The notes beneath the pieces are model-generated. The model had not been told where the DNA came from, ran no database searches, and saw nothing but the letters and a program-made list of their open reading frames with translations. The position numbers and the translations under genes were made by a program. 64,000 nt of DNA, taken from the sequence record OX638288, one strand, 5' to 3'. Source of the stretch: Escherichia phage UP19. Of this stretch, positions 9,973-22,042 are shown piece after piece. Each line of letters opens with the position of its first letter. The stretch's first letter is position 1.

Positions 9973-10614
9973 TTAGGATAGTAAGTCCCATAAGTCTATT
10001 GAACTAGACTTACTTTTAGCTCTATTAGATTCCCAAGTGATTATTTCTAAATTTGATAGTTGGGCTATCATTTCAGGAGGAAGATGATTATAAAATCCGT
10101 AAGCTATAGAAACCTTATGGTCTAATTGATACGCACCTTCAACTCCACATCGCCCTATTTTATCCGCATTTTCCCAAGTCATCCAAATCTTTTTAAGTTT
10201 AGGAGACCTAGTCAAAGCATGGACCCTTCCTGCATAAAGGTCGAATTCCTTTCTATTACCTTTCCATCTAGAATGCCCTTCTCCAATTTGCCAAGGCCTT
10301 GGCTTACCTGCTTGGGTTTTAGAATTGGTCTTATTAGCTTGTTTTCTAGAACACTCAAAACAGTGATGCTTATCGGCCCTATTTAAAAGTTGAAGACTTC
10401 TAGTAAATTTTAATCCGCACTCATCACAAGAAGCTTCTACCTCTTTATTAGAGTTTTTAGGGACCAAATGTATAGGAACCTCTATTACATCAGAATAATT
10501 TACAAGATATCCCAATATTTGACTCCATCTTTTGCAGTTGTTTCTTGGATATACTGTAACAAATTTAGAAATAATCACTTTAGAAATCCTTGCGCGTATT
10601 GTGTATACGCGCAT
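9973..10614 (-). CDS. HNH-family homing endonuclease-like protein inserted between genes 18 and 19
   Basis: CxxC..HHCxxC zinc motif and QLDHKVSIAYGF..NL..ITWESNRAK HNH motif; T4 has no gene here; hairpin GCGCGTAT/ATACGCGC overlaps the start codon. Confidence 0.6.
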   Translation of the reverse strand: MRVYTIRARISKVIISKFVTVYPRNNCKRWSQILGYLVNYSDVIEVPIHLVPKNSNKEVEASCDECGLKFTRSLQLLNRADKHHCFECSRKQANKTNSKTQAGKPRPWQIGEGHSRWKGNRKEFDLYAGRVHALTRSPKLKKIWMTWENADKIGRCGVEGAYQLDHKVSIAYGFYNHLPPEMIAQLSNLEIITWESNRAKSKSSSIDLWDLLS

Positions 10615-10642
10615 TATATTATAAAGCTTAGAGCAAGTAAAC

Positions 10643-12625
10643 TTAAACTAAAGGTCCAATCAACTCGTCAAAATCCGCACCGGTGGATGTAGCCACGAAA
10701 TTTAAAGTTATGTAATTTATCGATCTCGCAGGTTTAACATAGATATTAGCAATAAACTCATTACGGTCGATAACCGCAGGGGTGTTCACTGTAGTATCAC
10801 AAACCACACGTCCTTCATAAATCCCACCAAGTGCCTTAATACCATCTAAGTACTGAGAAACTTCCATACGGAAGCTTGAACGAGTGAAGTTATCGTTCAA
10901 TTCAAACAGTTTATATTTAGAGGCATCACCGATATTTTTCTTAAGCATGTTGAACAGACGGCGAACGTTAATGTGGTCCATCGGAGATGGAACTTTAGTT
11001 GCAGTCTTATCACCAAACAATACGAAACCATCACCACCAGCAAAACCAACAACTGGGTTAATAGCTTCCTGGTACATGCGGTCGCGTTGTGCTTGACGCG
11101 GTTCAATTGCCAATTTCAGAACGTTAAGAATCTGACCACGGTTATAACCGGCAGGAGACATCCAAGGCTGAGACACATCATCAGTACGTGCACACAAACC
11201 AGCCAAATCGGCAGCCAGTGGTACCCAACGGTTTACGTCGTTATATTTGTCGTATTGATATTTATAGTTACCATCAATAGCGGCATAAGTGGTACTGATG
11301 TTCATGTTGTTGGCATCGAAATTACCGGCACCGGTACGCCAGTCAATAAGGTTATCTACTGCACGAGTCAGTGGAACGTTAACCAACAGACCTTTAGGAG
11401 GAGAAATAAATGCTAAGCAATCCTGTCGTTCATCAGCAATACTCACAACGTGTTTCTGAACAGTAGAAGCCACTTCATCGCCTTCACCGGCAACAGCACC
11501 AGCAATAAGCAGGTTAATATGGAGTGCTTCACGGTCGGCAAACAAATCCCAACCCTGCATCAAATCGCCTGCAGTAACTTTATCGTTGGCGGAAATACCA
11601 CCAGACAGATTAATGATACCACTAAATCCTTTTGGCCAGTTTAACGAGGTAGCATAGATGTAATTAGAAGTACCTTTAGCGAAATAATCATCAAGATAAA
11701 TGTTATTACCGTAAACGTCTTTTTCACCTTCTTTGGTGGAAAGTACGACTGATTCTACGATAGCACCATCGCGACGAACGATAATGGCATATTGGTCATC
11801 TGTTTGAGGTCCGTAATTAAATACTGCCTTGACAATAGAAGCACGGGTACCGCCACCAGGATAAACATCCAACATTTTAGAAGAACCAGCTTCATAAGCT
11901 GCTTTAGAAACGATTTCTACTTCCAGAGTAGAACCAATTTCACCAGGATAAAGGGCCACTACGCCTGGCATAGCAAATTTCTTAAGGGCCGCTTGGAATT
12001 CAAGAGAAGTAATAGCTTCTTCACTATTCTCAGCTTCAGTCAAAAGAATACCGGAATCGGTAACAATTCGGCCGACGGTAATAGTACCGGAAACACCCGA
12101 AGAGGCAGAAGTAACTTCAGCAGTCCAAGCCGGGCCTAGGGTAGGATACTGGTTTAAAGAACGCGCGTAAGCAATAATTTTTGCTGACGGAATAAACACA
12201 GAGAGAATTTTACCGTCTGTATCTACAGAAGTCACACGACCTTCAGATTCGACTACAGTTTGGTTATATTTAATATTAATTTTATCGCCTACAGCGTAGT
12301 TGGAACCAGCCGTAGTAATAGTGGTTTCGATATTACCAGCGACAGGAGATGCGTTTTTAGCAAATTCGCGACTAACAACACGAACTGTACGAAGGTCATT
12401 ACCATACTGGAGGAAGTTCATACCAGACATAAAGTAATCTGCTACTTCGTTATTAGGACCTCCAAACAAATCAACCAGTTCAACTTCATTGGTAATCTGA
12501 GTTACCTGGAAAGCAGGGCCCCACTGGAATTTACCAACCAGCGCTGCACGACCCGTTGCGTTACGAACGACAGTACTCTGTACGGACGTTTCTTTGAGCT
12601 CAATGCCCGGTGATAATAAAGCCAT
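10643..12625 (-). CDS. 18: gp18 contractile tail sheath protein
   Basis: 660 aa, matching T4 gp18 length; synteny 17-18-19. Confidence 0.9.
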   Translation of the reverse strand: MALLSPGIELKETSVQSTVVRNATGRAALVGKFQWGPAFQVTQITNEVELVDLFGGPNNEVADYFMSGMNFLQYGNDLRTVRVVSREFAKNASPVAGNIETTITTAGSNYAVGDKINIKYNQTVVESEGRVTSVDTDGKILSVFIPSAKIIAYARSLNQYPTLGPAWTAEVTSASSGVSGTITVGRIVTDSGILLTEAENSEEAITSLEFQAALKKFAMPGVVALYPGEIGSTLEVEIVSKAAYEAGSSKMLDVYPGGGTRASIVKAVFNYGPQTDDQYAIIVRRDGAIVESVVLSTKEGEKDVYGNNIYLDDYFAKGTSNYIYATSLNWPKGFSGIINLSGGISANDKVTAGDLMQGWDLFADREALHINLLIAGAVAGEGDEVASTVQKHVVSIADERQDCLAFISPPKGLLVNVPLTRAVDNLIDWRTGAGNFDANNMNISTTYAAIDGNYKYQYDKYNDVNRWVPLAADLAGLCARTDDVSQPWMSPAGYNRGQILNVLKLAIEPRQAQRDRMYQEAINPVVGFAGGDGFVLFGDKTATKVPSPMDHINVRRLFNMLKKNIGDASKYKLFELNDNFTRSSFRMEVSQYLDGIKALGGIYEGRVVCDTTVNTPAVIDRNEFIANIYVKPARSINYITLNFVATSTGADFDELIGPLV

Positions 12626-12654
12626 TTTGAATCCTCTTGGTTATGCTTTATTGT

Positions 12655-14964
<2,310 letters not shown>

Positions 14965-14968
<4 letters not shown>

Positions 14969-15834
14969 GGGTTTCTCCTTGGTGCTGGAGGTTCTGGTTC
15001 AACAGGCACCGGAATATCTTGTGAATACGTTTGAATGGACTTGCCGTCCCATTCTTTTTCTTCTACACCTCTAGGAACTACTTCGCTATCAACCGATTCA
15101 AAATTACCTTCAGGAGCGAGTTCTTTAGAGTTGGCAAAGAAATCAAGATAAATGGTTTTGATTTCGCCTTCCATTTCTTTAACAGGAGGATATAGCCATC
15201 CATTAACCTCAAACATCATAGACCATTCTAAGCGACGACGTGAAGTGGTATCGCCTTCTAATTGTTCGTCCATTGCTATAGATTGGAACACAATACGAAT
15301 ATCACGGTCAAATTTAATTTCGTTTGTATAGAGTTCGGTAATTGTTGTATTAAAGTGAGGTTGGAAATACGGCATAATTTGTTCCACAATCTGGAACATA
15401 TCATCTTGAGTTCTAGTGTAAATACCCAGTTCAAAAATCATTTTTACTGGAGTAGGAGAATATTGGCTGACTCGTTTACGAGGGTCTCCATTCTCAAATT
15501 GAATTTGTGTTCTATTTTGAAGAGCTGTTTTGTATTGTGAGTTATAAAGCATGTCAACCATTTGGAGGTTCATACGTGGAAGAACAGTTTCCACCTTAGC
15601 TTTTTGTTCAGCCCTTTCTTTTGGCGTCATATTAGGATTTGGGATATTCTGTACTGCCGTCCATTTGCCTAAGTTAGCCATAAATCTTTCTTTAGAAGCA
15701 TACGTAATAGGAACCTTAATAAATTTAAGCCCTGTATCTTCTCTTTGACGTGCTACTTGAACATGGGAAAATAAATCACCCATCAAAACAATATAGCGAC
15801 GTAGCGAACTATTATACCAATGTCCAAACATCAA
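14965..15834 (-). CDS. 15: gp15 tail sheath stabilizer / tail completion protein
   Basis: 289 aa; synteny 14-15-16. Confidence 0.8.
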
Positions 15835-15845
15835 ACCTCCTAAAA

Positions 15846-15862
15846 TGGCGCGGGATGCGCCA
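15846..15862 (-). terminator. Intercistronic hairpin, possible partial terminator, between genes 14 and 15
   Basis: GGCGCA-TCCC-TGCGCC followed by a short U-run and the gene 15 SD (GGAGG). Confidence 0.35.
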
Positions 15863-15870
15863 TGTATTAT

Positions 15871-16644
15871 TTAATCATCTAAAAAAGCATCATCAAATGC
15901 TGTAGGAGGAGCATCTTCTCCTCTACCGTTAATCACTACATAAGGGTGTACGAATTCCGCCGCTTCAGCATTAATCTCATTAACCTCTTCATATTGGATA
16001 TCAGAGATATCAGCCAACCCATCAATATTCTTAACAGGCATTAAATCAAGCTCACTGAATTCAGGAATATTAATGCCTTCATTTCTCTGTAATTCAGGAC
16101 GAAGTTCTTCACCATTATAAATGAACTTGGTAGCAGTAATGCGACGCTGGACGTTTGTACCGACTTGATAGAATGGGTCATAAGGTTGCACCCAATTAAT
16201 TTCAAATAGACTGTTGTCCATTGGGAAATAAATCAAATCACCTGAAACAGGTTCAGTACCGTTGCATTGATGTTTAAAAAGGTTAGGGTTAATTGTGATT
16301 GTTACTTCATCATTAACCATCATACCGAACTTACTGAAATAAGTATTGTCACCGGAATAACCTTCAAAGGAATCCAAATAACCCGCAAACTTCCAGGCTT
16401 TAGTAAATTTGTTCTGAAGGTCTTCGCCAAATAGCTGGTCAGGATTAACGTATTCGCGTGGTATATAATAAAGCTCGATACCACGCATTTGAATAGACTC
16501 AGCAACTAAAGCATCAGCCAATGTTTGAGTGTTCTCATGGCGATAAAAGTTGACGAAAGGGTTCATTATTTCAGTTTCGTTCGTGTTAGCATAGCCGGTG
16601 TTATTTTCCAGCTTAGCAAATAAACTCGAATCGAAAGTAGCCAT
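15871..16644 (-). CDS. 14: gp14 neck protein
   Basis: 257 aa; synteny 13-14-15. Confidence 0.8.
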   Translation of the reverse strand: MATFDSSLFAKLENNTGYANTNETEIMNPFVNFYRHENTQTLADALVAESIQMRGIELYYIPREYVNPDQLFGEDLQNKFTKAWKFAGYLDSFEGYSGDNTYFSKFGMMVNDEVTITINPNLFKHQCNGTEPVSGDLIYFPMDNSLFEINWVQPYDPFYQVGTNVQRRITATKFIYNGEELRPELQRNEGINIPEFSELDLMPVKNIDGLADISDIQYEEVNEINAEAAEFVHPYVVINGRGEDAPPTAFDDAFLDD

Positions 16645-16646
16645 AA

Positions 16647-17582
16647 TTATCCAATTAAAATAGGTGTTGGTGGGTCGAGCAAATCTAATTCTTCGCGAAG
16701 ACGTTCTTTTTCTAAACGAGCTTCTTCAATCAATCGAATGCCATCTACAGTGGTTCCGCCGGCTAATTGCATGCCTTGGTGTTTGGCTAAAATATTACCA
16801 TTGACCTCTTTAACTAATGCCGTAGCGTAATCTTTGACCCAACGGTTATTATACGCGCCATCTTGTAGTCCAAGGTCCTCACCAGCTCTCATTCCAGAAA
16901 TTCGACGCGCAGGATTGTCCCAAATAGCCCCAGGACTCCATTCATTTTCGTCACAGCCACCAGAAGCATATCCATATCCTGCTGTATTCCCGACCATGGA
17001 ATCAACGCCATTAAATGAACGGGTATAAACTTCAATTACAATAAAGTCGCCTTTAACAAAGTTGCCCATTACCTTCAATTGTTCAGTGGCATCATTATAC
17101 CAATAATCAGGCAGCGGAACCAAAAGGTCTTGCATCATAGAACGATATTGCATTAATTGTGTAAAATAACCAAGGTCAGCGCCGAAGGCATTAGGTCCAA
17201 AACTATTACATGAAGACCCAAGACCACCATTAATACCTGCCAAACCTAGTACAAAATCTGTAAACCATGGATAAGTTGCTTGCCCGTCCATAGATGTTAA
17301 AGAGCCAACGTTAGTTCTCAAAATTTGTGTTACTGCAAATATATTACGTCCTTTAAGGTCGAATACACCATTACGGAATTTTTCTTCATCGTCATGGCCA
17401 ATATAAAAAGCCTGATAACCTTTGTTATACCCGTTATAATGGTATTCGCCGTAGAGCTCTAGAGCACGCTGGATGCAATCATATACTTGGTCTGTAGTTA
17501 CTTCAATATTTGTAATCGGTGCACCCAGGCGGCGCAGGATAGCGTCCTTGAGTTGCTTAGGGTTAAATGATTCGCTTGCCAT
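16647..17582 (-). CDS. 13: gp13 neck protein
   Basis: 311 aa; synteny wac-13-14. Confidence 0.8.
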   Translation of the reverse strand: MASESFNPKQLKDAILRRLGAPITNIEVTTDQVYDCIQRALELYGEYHYNGYNKGYQAFYIGHDDEEKFRNGVFDLKGRNIFAVTQILRTNVGSLTSMDGQATYPWFTDFVLGLAGINGGLGSSCNSFGPNAFGADLGYFTQLMQYRSMMQDLLVPLPDYWYNDATEQLKVMGNFVKGDFIVIEVYTRSFNGVDSMVGNTAGYGYASGGCDENEWSPGAIWDNPARRISGMRAGEDLGLQDGAYNNRWVKDYATALVKEVNGNILAKHQGMQLAGGTTVDGIRLIEEARLEKERLREELDLLDPPTPILIG

Positions 17583-17603
17583 ATTTTATTCCTCTAATAA
17601 CCG

Positions 17604-17611
17604 TATTTATA
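17604..17611 (-). promoter_or_regulatory. Late promoter TATAAATA upstream of gene 13
   Basis: Plus-strand TATTTATA immediately after the wac terminator. Confidence 0.55.
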
Positions 17612-17636
17612 GCAAAAAAGGGCCGAAGCCCTTTTA
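17612..17636 (-). terminator. Intrinsic terminator downstream of wac
   Basis: Minus strand AAAAGGGC-UUCG-GCCCUUUUUU, stem-loop plus T-run. Confidence 0.6.
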
Positions 17637-19841
17637 TTATGGTGCTGAGTTTAAAGTCACAAAATCAGACAATAATACCCATGCGTTATCAACCAGAACA
17701 TACGGGAGTCCGTCTGCAGCAGGAGCCACTGGTGGACGTTTAGCTAATTCTGTTTCTAAGGCCGTAATTTTACCTTCGGCAGCGGTTAAACGGATTCCTA
17801 AATCGGCAACTTTATCAGATTCAACTTTAACTGCGGCCAAACCTGTTTCAAGAGTACCAACTTTACCTTCGACCGTGCCTAAACGGGTATTGATTCCTGC
17901 TACTTTATCTGATTCGACTTTAACAGCAGCTAAACCTGTTTCAAGAGTACCAACTTCACCTTCAACAGCGGCTAAACCAGACTCAAGGGTAGTTATTTTA
18001 CCTTCAGCTGTGGTCACACGAGTTGTTAAAGGAGCTATTTTAGCGGTATCTAATTTAATATCAGTAATTTCGCCTTCATTAGCTGCTACTCGCCCGGTTA
18101 AAGTAACGATATCACCTTTATTCTTGGTTATATCGGCTTTAATAGGGGTTAATTGTGATTCTATAGAACTCACATCTAAAGCCAAAGCCGTAACATCAGA
18201 ATCGGTTGTATCCGTCTTGGTTTCCAATGCGGTTATTTTGCCATTAATAGTTACGTCACTTTCTTCCAAAGCAGTAATACGATTATCTTGCTCGGTGTCT
18301 TTGGATTTTAGCAAAACGACATCTGCTTTAATTTCTCCTACCGAAGTGTTTAAAGCACCAGTTCTAGTATCAAGAGAAGAAATGGAGGCGTCATTAGTAT
18401 CGACTCTGGAAGTTAAAGCGGTCACTTTACCATTGGTAACAACCAAATCGGCTTTAACAGTTTCTATTTCTGTGGAATTATTAACAACTTCAGCCCATGC
18501 CGCATTTCGACGTGCATAGAGTTTACCATCAGAAGGTGCATCACCCAATTTACCTTGCATCTGGGTTTCTAAAGAAGTAACCGCATTAATAAGACCACGT
18601 TCTTCTACGGTAGCTCCGTTAGGGTTCGTCCCGTCAACCTTATTTGTGAGCTTAAGCAAAGTACCTTTTATACCGGATTGGTTGTTACCAATTTCTACCT
18701 GAATATCCTGGATGGATGAGGTAGATTGGTTTGCTTGAATAATAACATCATTCAAACGCTTATTAATTGTGCCAGCAGCAGGAGACACTTCACTACCAAG
18801 GCGTCGATTAATATCGGAAACCTGGAAACGAAGCCCTTCACTAGAACTATTACCAACAACGGTTTTTAAATCATTTACATCAGTACGAAGTCCACTTAAA
18901 CGTCCATTAATAGATGCCGGTGCAGACTCAGAACCGATTTGAGTTTCTATAGAAGTTACTCTAGGTTTTAAATCATCGTTAACTGAATTTTCTAAGGTAA
19001 AGGTTTTGCTTTCTAAAGTAGTTACTCGGTCCTTTATAGGCATACCAGAGAAATCAATATTATCCTTAATTTCGTCAATAGCCGTATTAAAATTAACTGC
19101 AGCCGTTTCTAATACTGAAATTCGGGTATATGCAGGTTGTTTACCTACCGTATCAGAATGTGGTCCTAATTCGGCACGAATTTCATTTAGTTTAATACCT
19201 AATTGCCCAACATCAGAATCTTCATAGTTTCTTTCAAGGGTATCAATACGAAGACGGTGGTCCACCAATTCAGTGGTATTATCCATGATGCGGCGTTTTA
19301 TACCAGTGGCTTCGCTAGTTTCACCCGGAGGTAAAGGATTACCGTTTATATCCTGGTCCTCATAGTGACCAATTTCATTTTTAAGAAGAACAATATTTTC
19401 ACGTACAGTTAAATATGGGCCGTCTTGTAAAGGGTCATGGTATCCAACATCTTCACGCAAGAAATCAAAATTGGTTGTTAAGGTGTCCAATTTTTCTGTT
19501 GTATCTTCAGTGACTTTTTTAAGGTCTACAATATCAACACGGTTTTTCTCTATTTGTTGAATGATAGAAATATCTGTTGACATTTCTAAAGCGTCATTGA
19601 TATTATTAACGTTTTCTATAAGCTCATTAACTTTATCAGCAGTTTTTAAATCGTTGGCATCAAGAGCTTCTACGTTTTTCTGAACTCCTAAAGCAGCAGC
19701 GTTCAAATTACCTTCATTGCCGTATTTTGTTTTTGCTGCAGACATACAATCACCCTCGCGTATCCATTGGATACGCTTTTGAGGAGCATCAGGTACGCCG
19801 TCAACAAATGGTAACTCACTAAGTTCCAATTTGTTAATCAT
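17637..19841 (-). CDS. wac: Fibritin (whisker/neck fibre), extended coiled-coil form
   Basis: 734 aa against the remembered 487 aa in T4; long heptad coiled coil; C-terminal foldon-like ..DGLPYVLVDNAWVLLSDF.. Confidence 0.8.
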   Translation of the reverse strand: MINKLELSELPFVDGVPDAPQKRIQWIREGDCMSAAKTKYGNEGNLNAAALGVQKNVEALDANDLKTADKVNELIENVNNINDALEMSTDISIIQQIEKNRVDIVDLKKVTEDTTEKLDTLTTNFDFLREDVGYHDPLQDGPYLTVRENIVLLKNEIGHYEDQDINGNPLPPGETSEATGIKRRIMDNTTELVDHRLRIDTLERNYEDSDVGQLGIKLNEIRAELGPHSDTVGKQPAYTRISVLETAAVNFNTAIDEIKDNIDFSGMPIKDRVTTLESKTFTLENSVNDDLKPRVTSIETQIGSESAPASINGRLSGLRTDVNDLKTVVGNSSSEGLRFQVSDINRRLGSEVSPAAGTINKRLNDVIIQANQSTSSIQDIQVEIGNNQSGIKGTLLKLTNKVDGTNPNGATVEERGLINAVTSLETQMQGKLGDAPSDGKLYARRNAAWAEVVNNSTEIETVKADLVVTNGKVTALTSRVDTNDASISSLDTRTGALNTSVGEIKADVVLLKSKDTEQDNRITALEESDVTINGKITALETKTDTTDSDVTALALDVSSIESQLTPIKADITKNKGDIVTLTGRVAANEGEITDIKLDTAKIAPLTTRVTTAEGKITTLESGLAAVEGEVGTLETGLAAVKVESDKVAGINTRLGTVEGKVGTLETGLAAVKVESDKVADLGIRLTAAEGKITALETELAKRPPVAPAADGLPYVLVDNAWVLLSDFVTLNSAP
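17808..17956 (-). repeat. Tandem 93-bp (31-aa) duplication inside the fibritin coiled coil
   Basis: Near-identical DNA blocks encoding VGTLETGLAAVKVESDKVA twice. Confidence 0.6.
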
Positions 19842-19850
19842 TTTTTACCC

Positions 19851-21377
19851 TTATTCTACTTTAATAATAAAAAGAACGGACATTGTCCAAGGACGTGTTT
19901 CATTTGCAATAAGTCCTTCACTATTCAGTGTGGTATGGCCATCACGGTTCCAAGGTTCAGTGGTCTCAAACCCTTCGTTAGTATAATAACTACGGTTATC
20001 CCAGTCAAGTCCTTTACGAGTACCAACATACCCAGAGTTAGCGGTGTTACCAAAAGCACCATAGTTATCATGTTCACCAAAACCACCGGCGTGTTTATGA
20101 TAACGTAATGCTTGGGCTTGAACAGAAGATTGTGGGAACGAACCTACACCGTTACCTAAACGGGCTTTACCTTTACCGTCTTCTCCTCGGTTACCGGCAA
20201 TATGTGGGTTAACTTCACCTTCAGAATATCCACCAACCATGTTAGCACCGCGAGGATACAATCCACGGAAATCTGGAATAGCACCCCACCATCCCCAACG
20301 TCCGCCAACAGCATTTAAATATGCACCACCAGTATAAGTCCCACCTACACAAGCTCGCCATTTGCCCGGGATATTACCTTCATGTCCACCCCACATACAA
20401 ATAGTACCTACCGGAACGCTATCTGATAATTGGTCGTGGGTAACAACATCAACACCATTACGACGTAATGCGCCATTAACGTTTAAAGTACCCCATATTT
20501 CACCACCTGAAGTAGAAATAACGTTAGCATTATAAGCCAGGGCCGTATTACCATCGCCTTGTCCTACTGTAGTAGTTAAACGCACCAAGCCAATTCGTCC
20601 TGTATTACCTGTACGAGCTAGCAAAGATGCCGGAGTAACAGCGGCGGTATGGTCAGTACCATTAGATACCATATCCCAACCTGCGAGTTTAATAATACCA
20701 CTTCTGGCTTCGGTGGAAGTTAATGTGGCTAATCCGGCTGGAGAAATAGCAATACCTACCGAAAGACTTCCATTGCCAACTTCAGCATTAGTAGCTAAAC
20801 GAACCAAACCTTCATTTGTGGTCGTTGCCGTAGAATAAACCGGTAACGCTGCTGTGGCCGCACCAATTGCTTGAGATACTTTAAGTGGGGTCATTGCTGT
20901 GGTATCATCGGTACCAGCTAATGCAGCAGGCGTAGTTGAAATCTTGATAACGCCTGTAGTGTTCTCTGTTGATAAACGGTTCTCAAATGTATAATCCATT
21001 ACCGCTTTCAAAGAGGTTGCTACGATTGCAGCCTGGGGCTCTGTGCCTGCTATAGCTTCAGCATTAGTAGCATAACGGGTAATACCTACATAAGTTTCTG
21101 ATGCCTGAGTAGGAATATCTAAACGTGCTTTTAAAGTTGCAGGGGTCACTGCACTATAAGCATCCAACCCATCCATTACTTCTTGTGTTGTGGCAAGACG
21201 AATAATACCTTGGGATGTTTCTGTGGCTGAAGGAACATTACCTGTGACACCGATTAATGAAATAGCCGCCAATGCTTCTTGAACATTAGTAATATCAGGC
21301 GGGAAATTCGACCCAGTAGGGTCGAATGATTTGAATTCCGATTTATCACTAATGTGTTTTAGTGTGTTTGTTGACAT
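19851..21377 (-). CDS. 12: gp12 short tail fibre
   Basis: 508 aa; synteny 11-12-wac; Gly-rich C-terminal receptor-binding region. Confidence 0.8.
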   Translation of the reverse strand: MSTNTLKHISDKSEFKSFDPTGSNFPPDITNVQEALAAISLIGVTGNVPSATETSQGIIRLATTQEVMDGLDAYSAVTPATLKARLDIPTQASETYVGITRYATNAEAIAGTEPQAAIVATSLKAVMDYTFENRLSTENTTGVIKISTTPAALAGTDDTTAMTPLKVSQAIGAATAALPVYSTATTTNEGLVRLATNAEVGNGSLSVGIAISPAGLATLTSTEARSGIIKLAGWDMVSNGTDHTAAVTPASLLARTGNTGRIGLVRLTTTVGQGDGNTALAYNANVISTSGGEIWGTLNVNGALRRNGVDVVTHDQLSDSVPVGTICMWGGHEGNIPGKWRACVGGTYTGGAYLNAVGGRWGWWGAIPDFRGLYPRGANMVGGYSEGEVNPHIAGNRGEDGKGKARLGNGVGSFPQSSVQAQALRYHKHAGGFGEHDNYGAFGNTANSGYVGTRKGLDWDNRSYYTNEGFETTEPWNRDGHTTLNSEGLIANETRPWTMSVLFIIKVE

Positions 21378-22042
21378 TAATATAATCTCTTATAGTAATA
21401 TAAAGGAATCGTGCCGTTAACTGTACCACCTGCTAACGATTGGGTAGAGTTACCTAAGTATTCCCACTTACCATATCCGGCCCTTGGCTGCTGGACTATA
21501 GTATGGGAAATTGTACAACCCGATTGTTTATATGGTGAAAAAATATGATTCTGATAGTCATTGTATTTAATATTCAAGGTAGATTGGTCTAAGGCGTCAA
21601 TAGCTGTTTCGGCTAAAATATAGCTATTAGCAATGGCGTCTAAAAATACATCATTTACTTTAGATGCAACCAATACAGATGAATCACCAACTAAGACCTC
21701 TACAGGAAGTCCAAACACTTTAATAATAACCGGGTCGCCAAGTTCGCCGCCTGAAGAAATAGAACCGGTAAATGTAATTTTATCAGATTGTTGGATAAAT
21801 CCAGGTGCTCTGTTTTCTGTGGTAATAATAACAGAGTTCACAGGAAGCTCTGTTCTAAATGCAATATCATCTATTGCACTTTGGACTGTAGGAAAATAAA
21901 CACCCTTCTGGGTTTGGTTTGCAGAAGGGCCACCGATAGGTCGTTGGTCAGCGACAGCAGTAGGCTTGTCACTGGTGTAAGATAATTCCAAATAGTCAGC
22001 TAAGCGGGATTTTAACCCGCTTTTCATTTCAGTTAAAGTCAT
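21377..22042 (-). CDS. 11: gp11 baseplate wedge / short tail fibre attachment protein
   Basis: 221 aa; synteny 10-11-12. Confidence 0.8.
   Translation of the reverse strand: MTLTEMKSGLKSRLADYLELSYTSDKPTAVADQRPIGGPSANQTQKGVYFPTVQSAIDDIAFRTELPVNSVIITTENRAPGFIQQSDKITFTGSISSGGELGDPVIIKVFGLPVEVLVGDSSVLVASKVNDVFLDAIANSYILAETAIDALDQSTLNIKYNDYQNHIFSPYKQSGCTISHTIVQQPRAGYGKWEYLGNSTQSLAGGTVNGTIPLYYYKRLY

Noticed and set aside
17473-18519. 348-aa plus-strand ORF from the six-frame track
   Set aside because: Lies entirely antisense to gp13 and fibritin; its Ser/Thr/Val-rich composition is an artefact of the coiled-coil repeat codons on the other strand.
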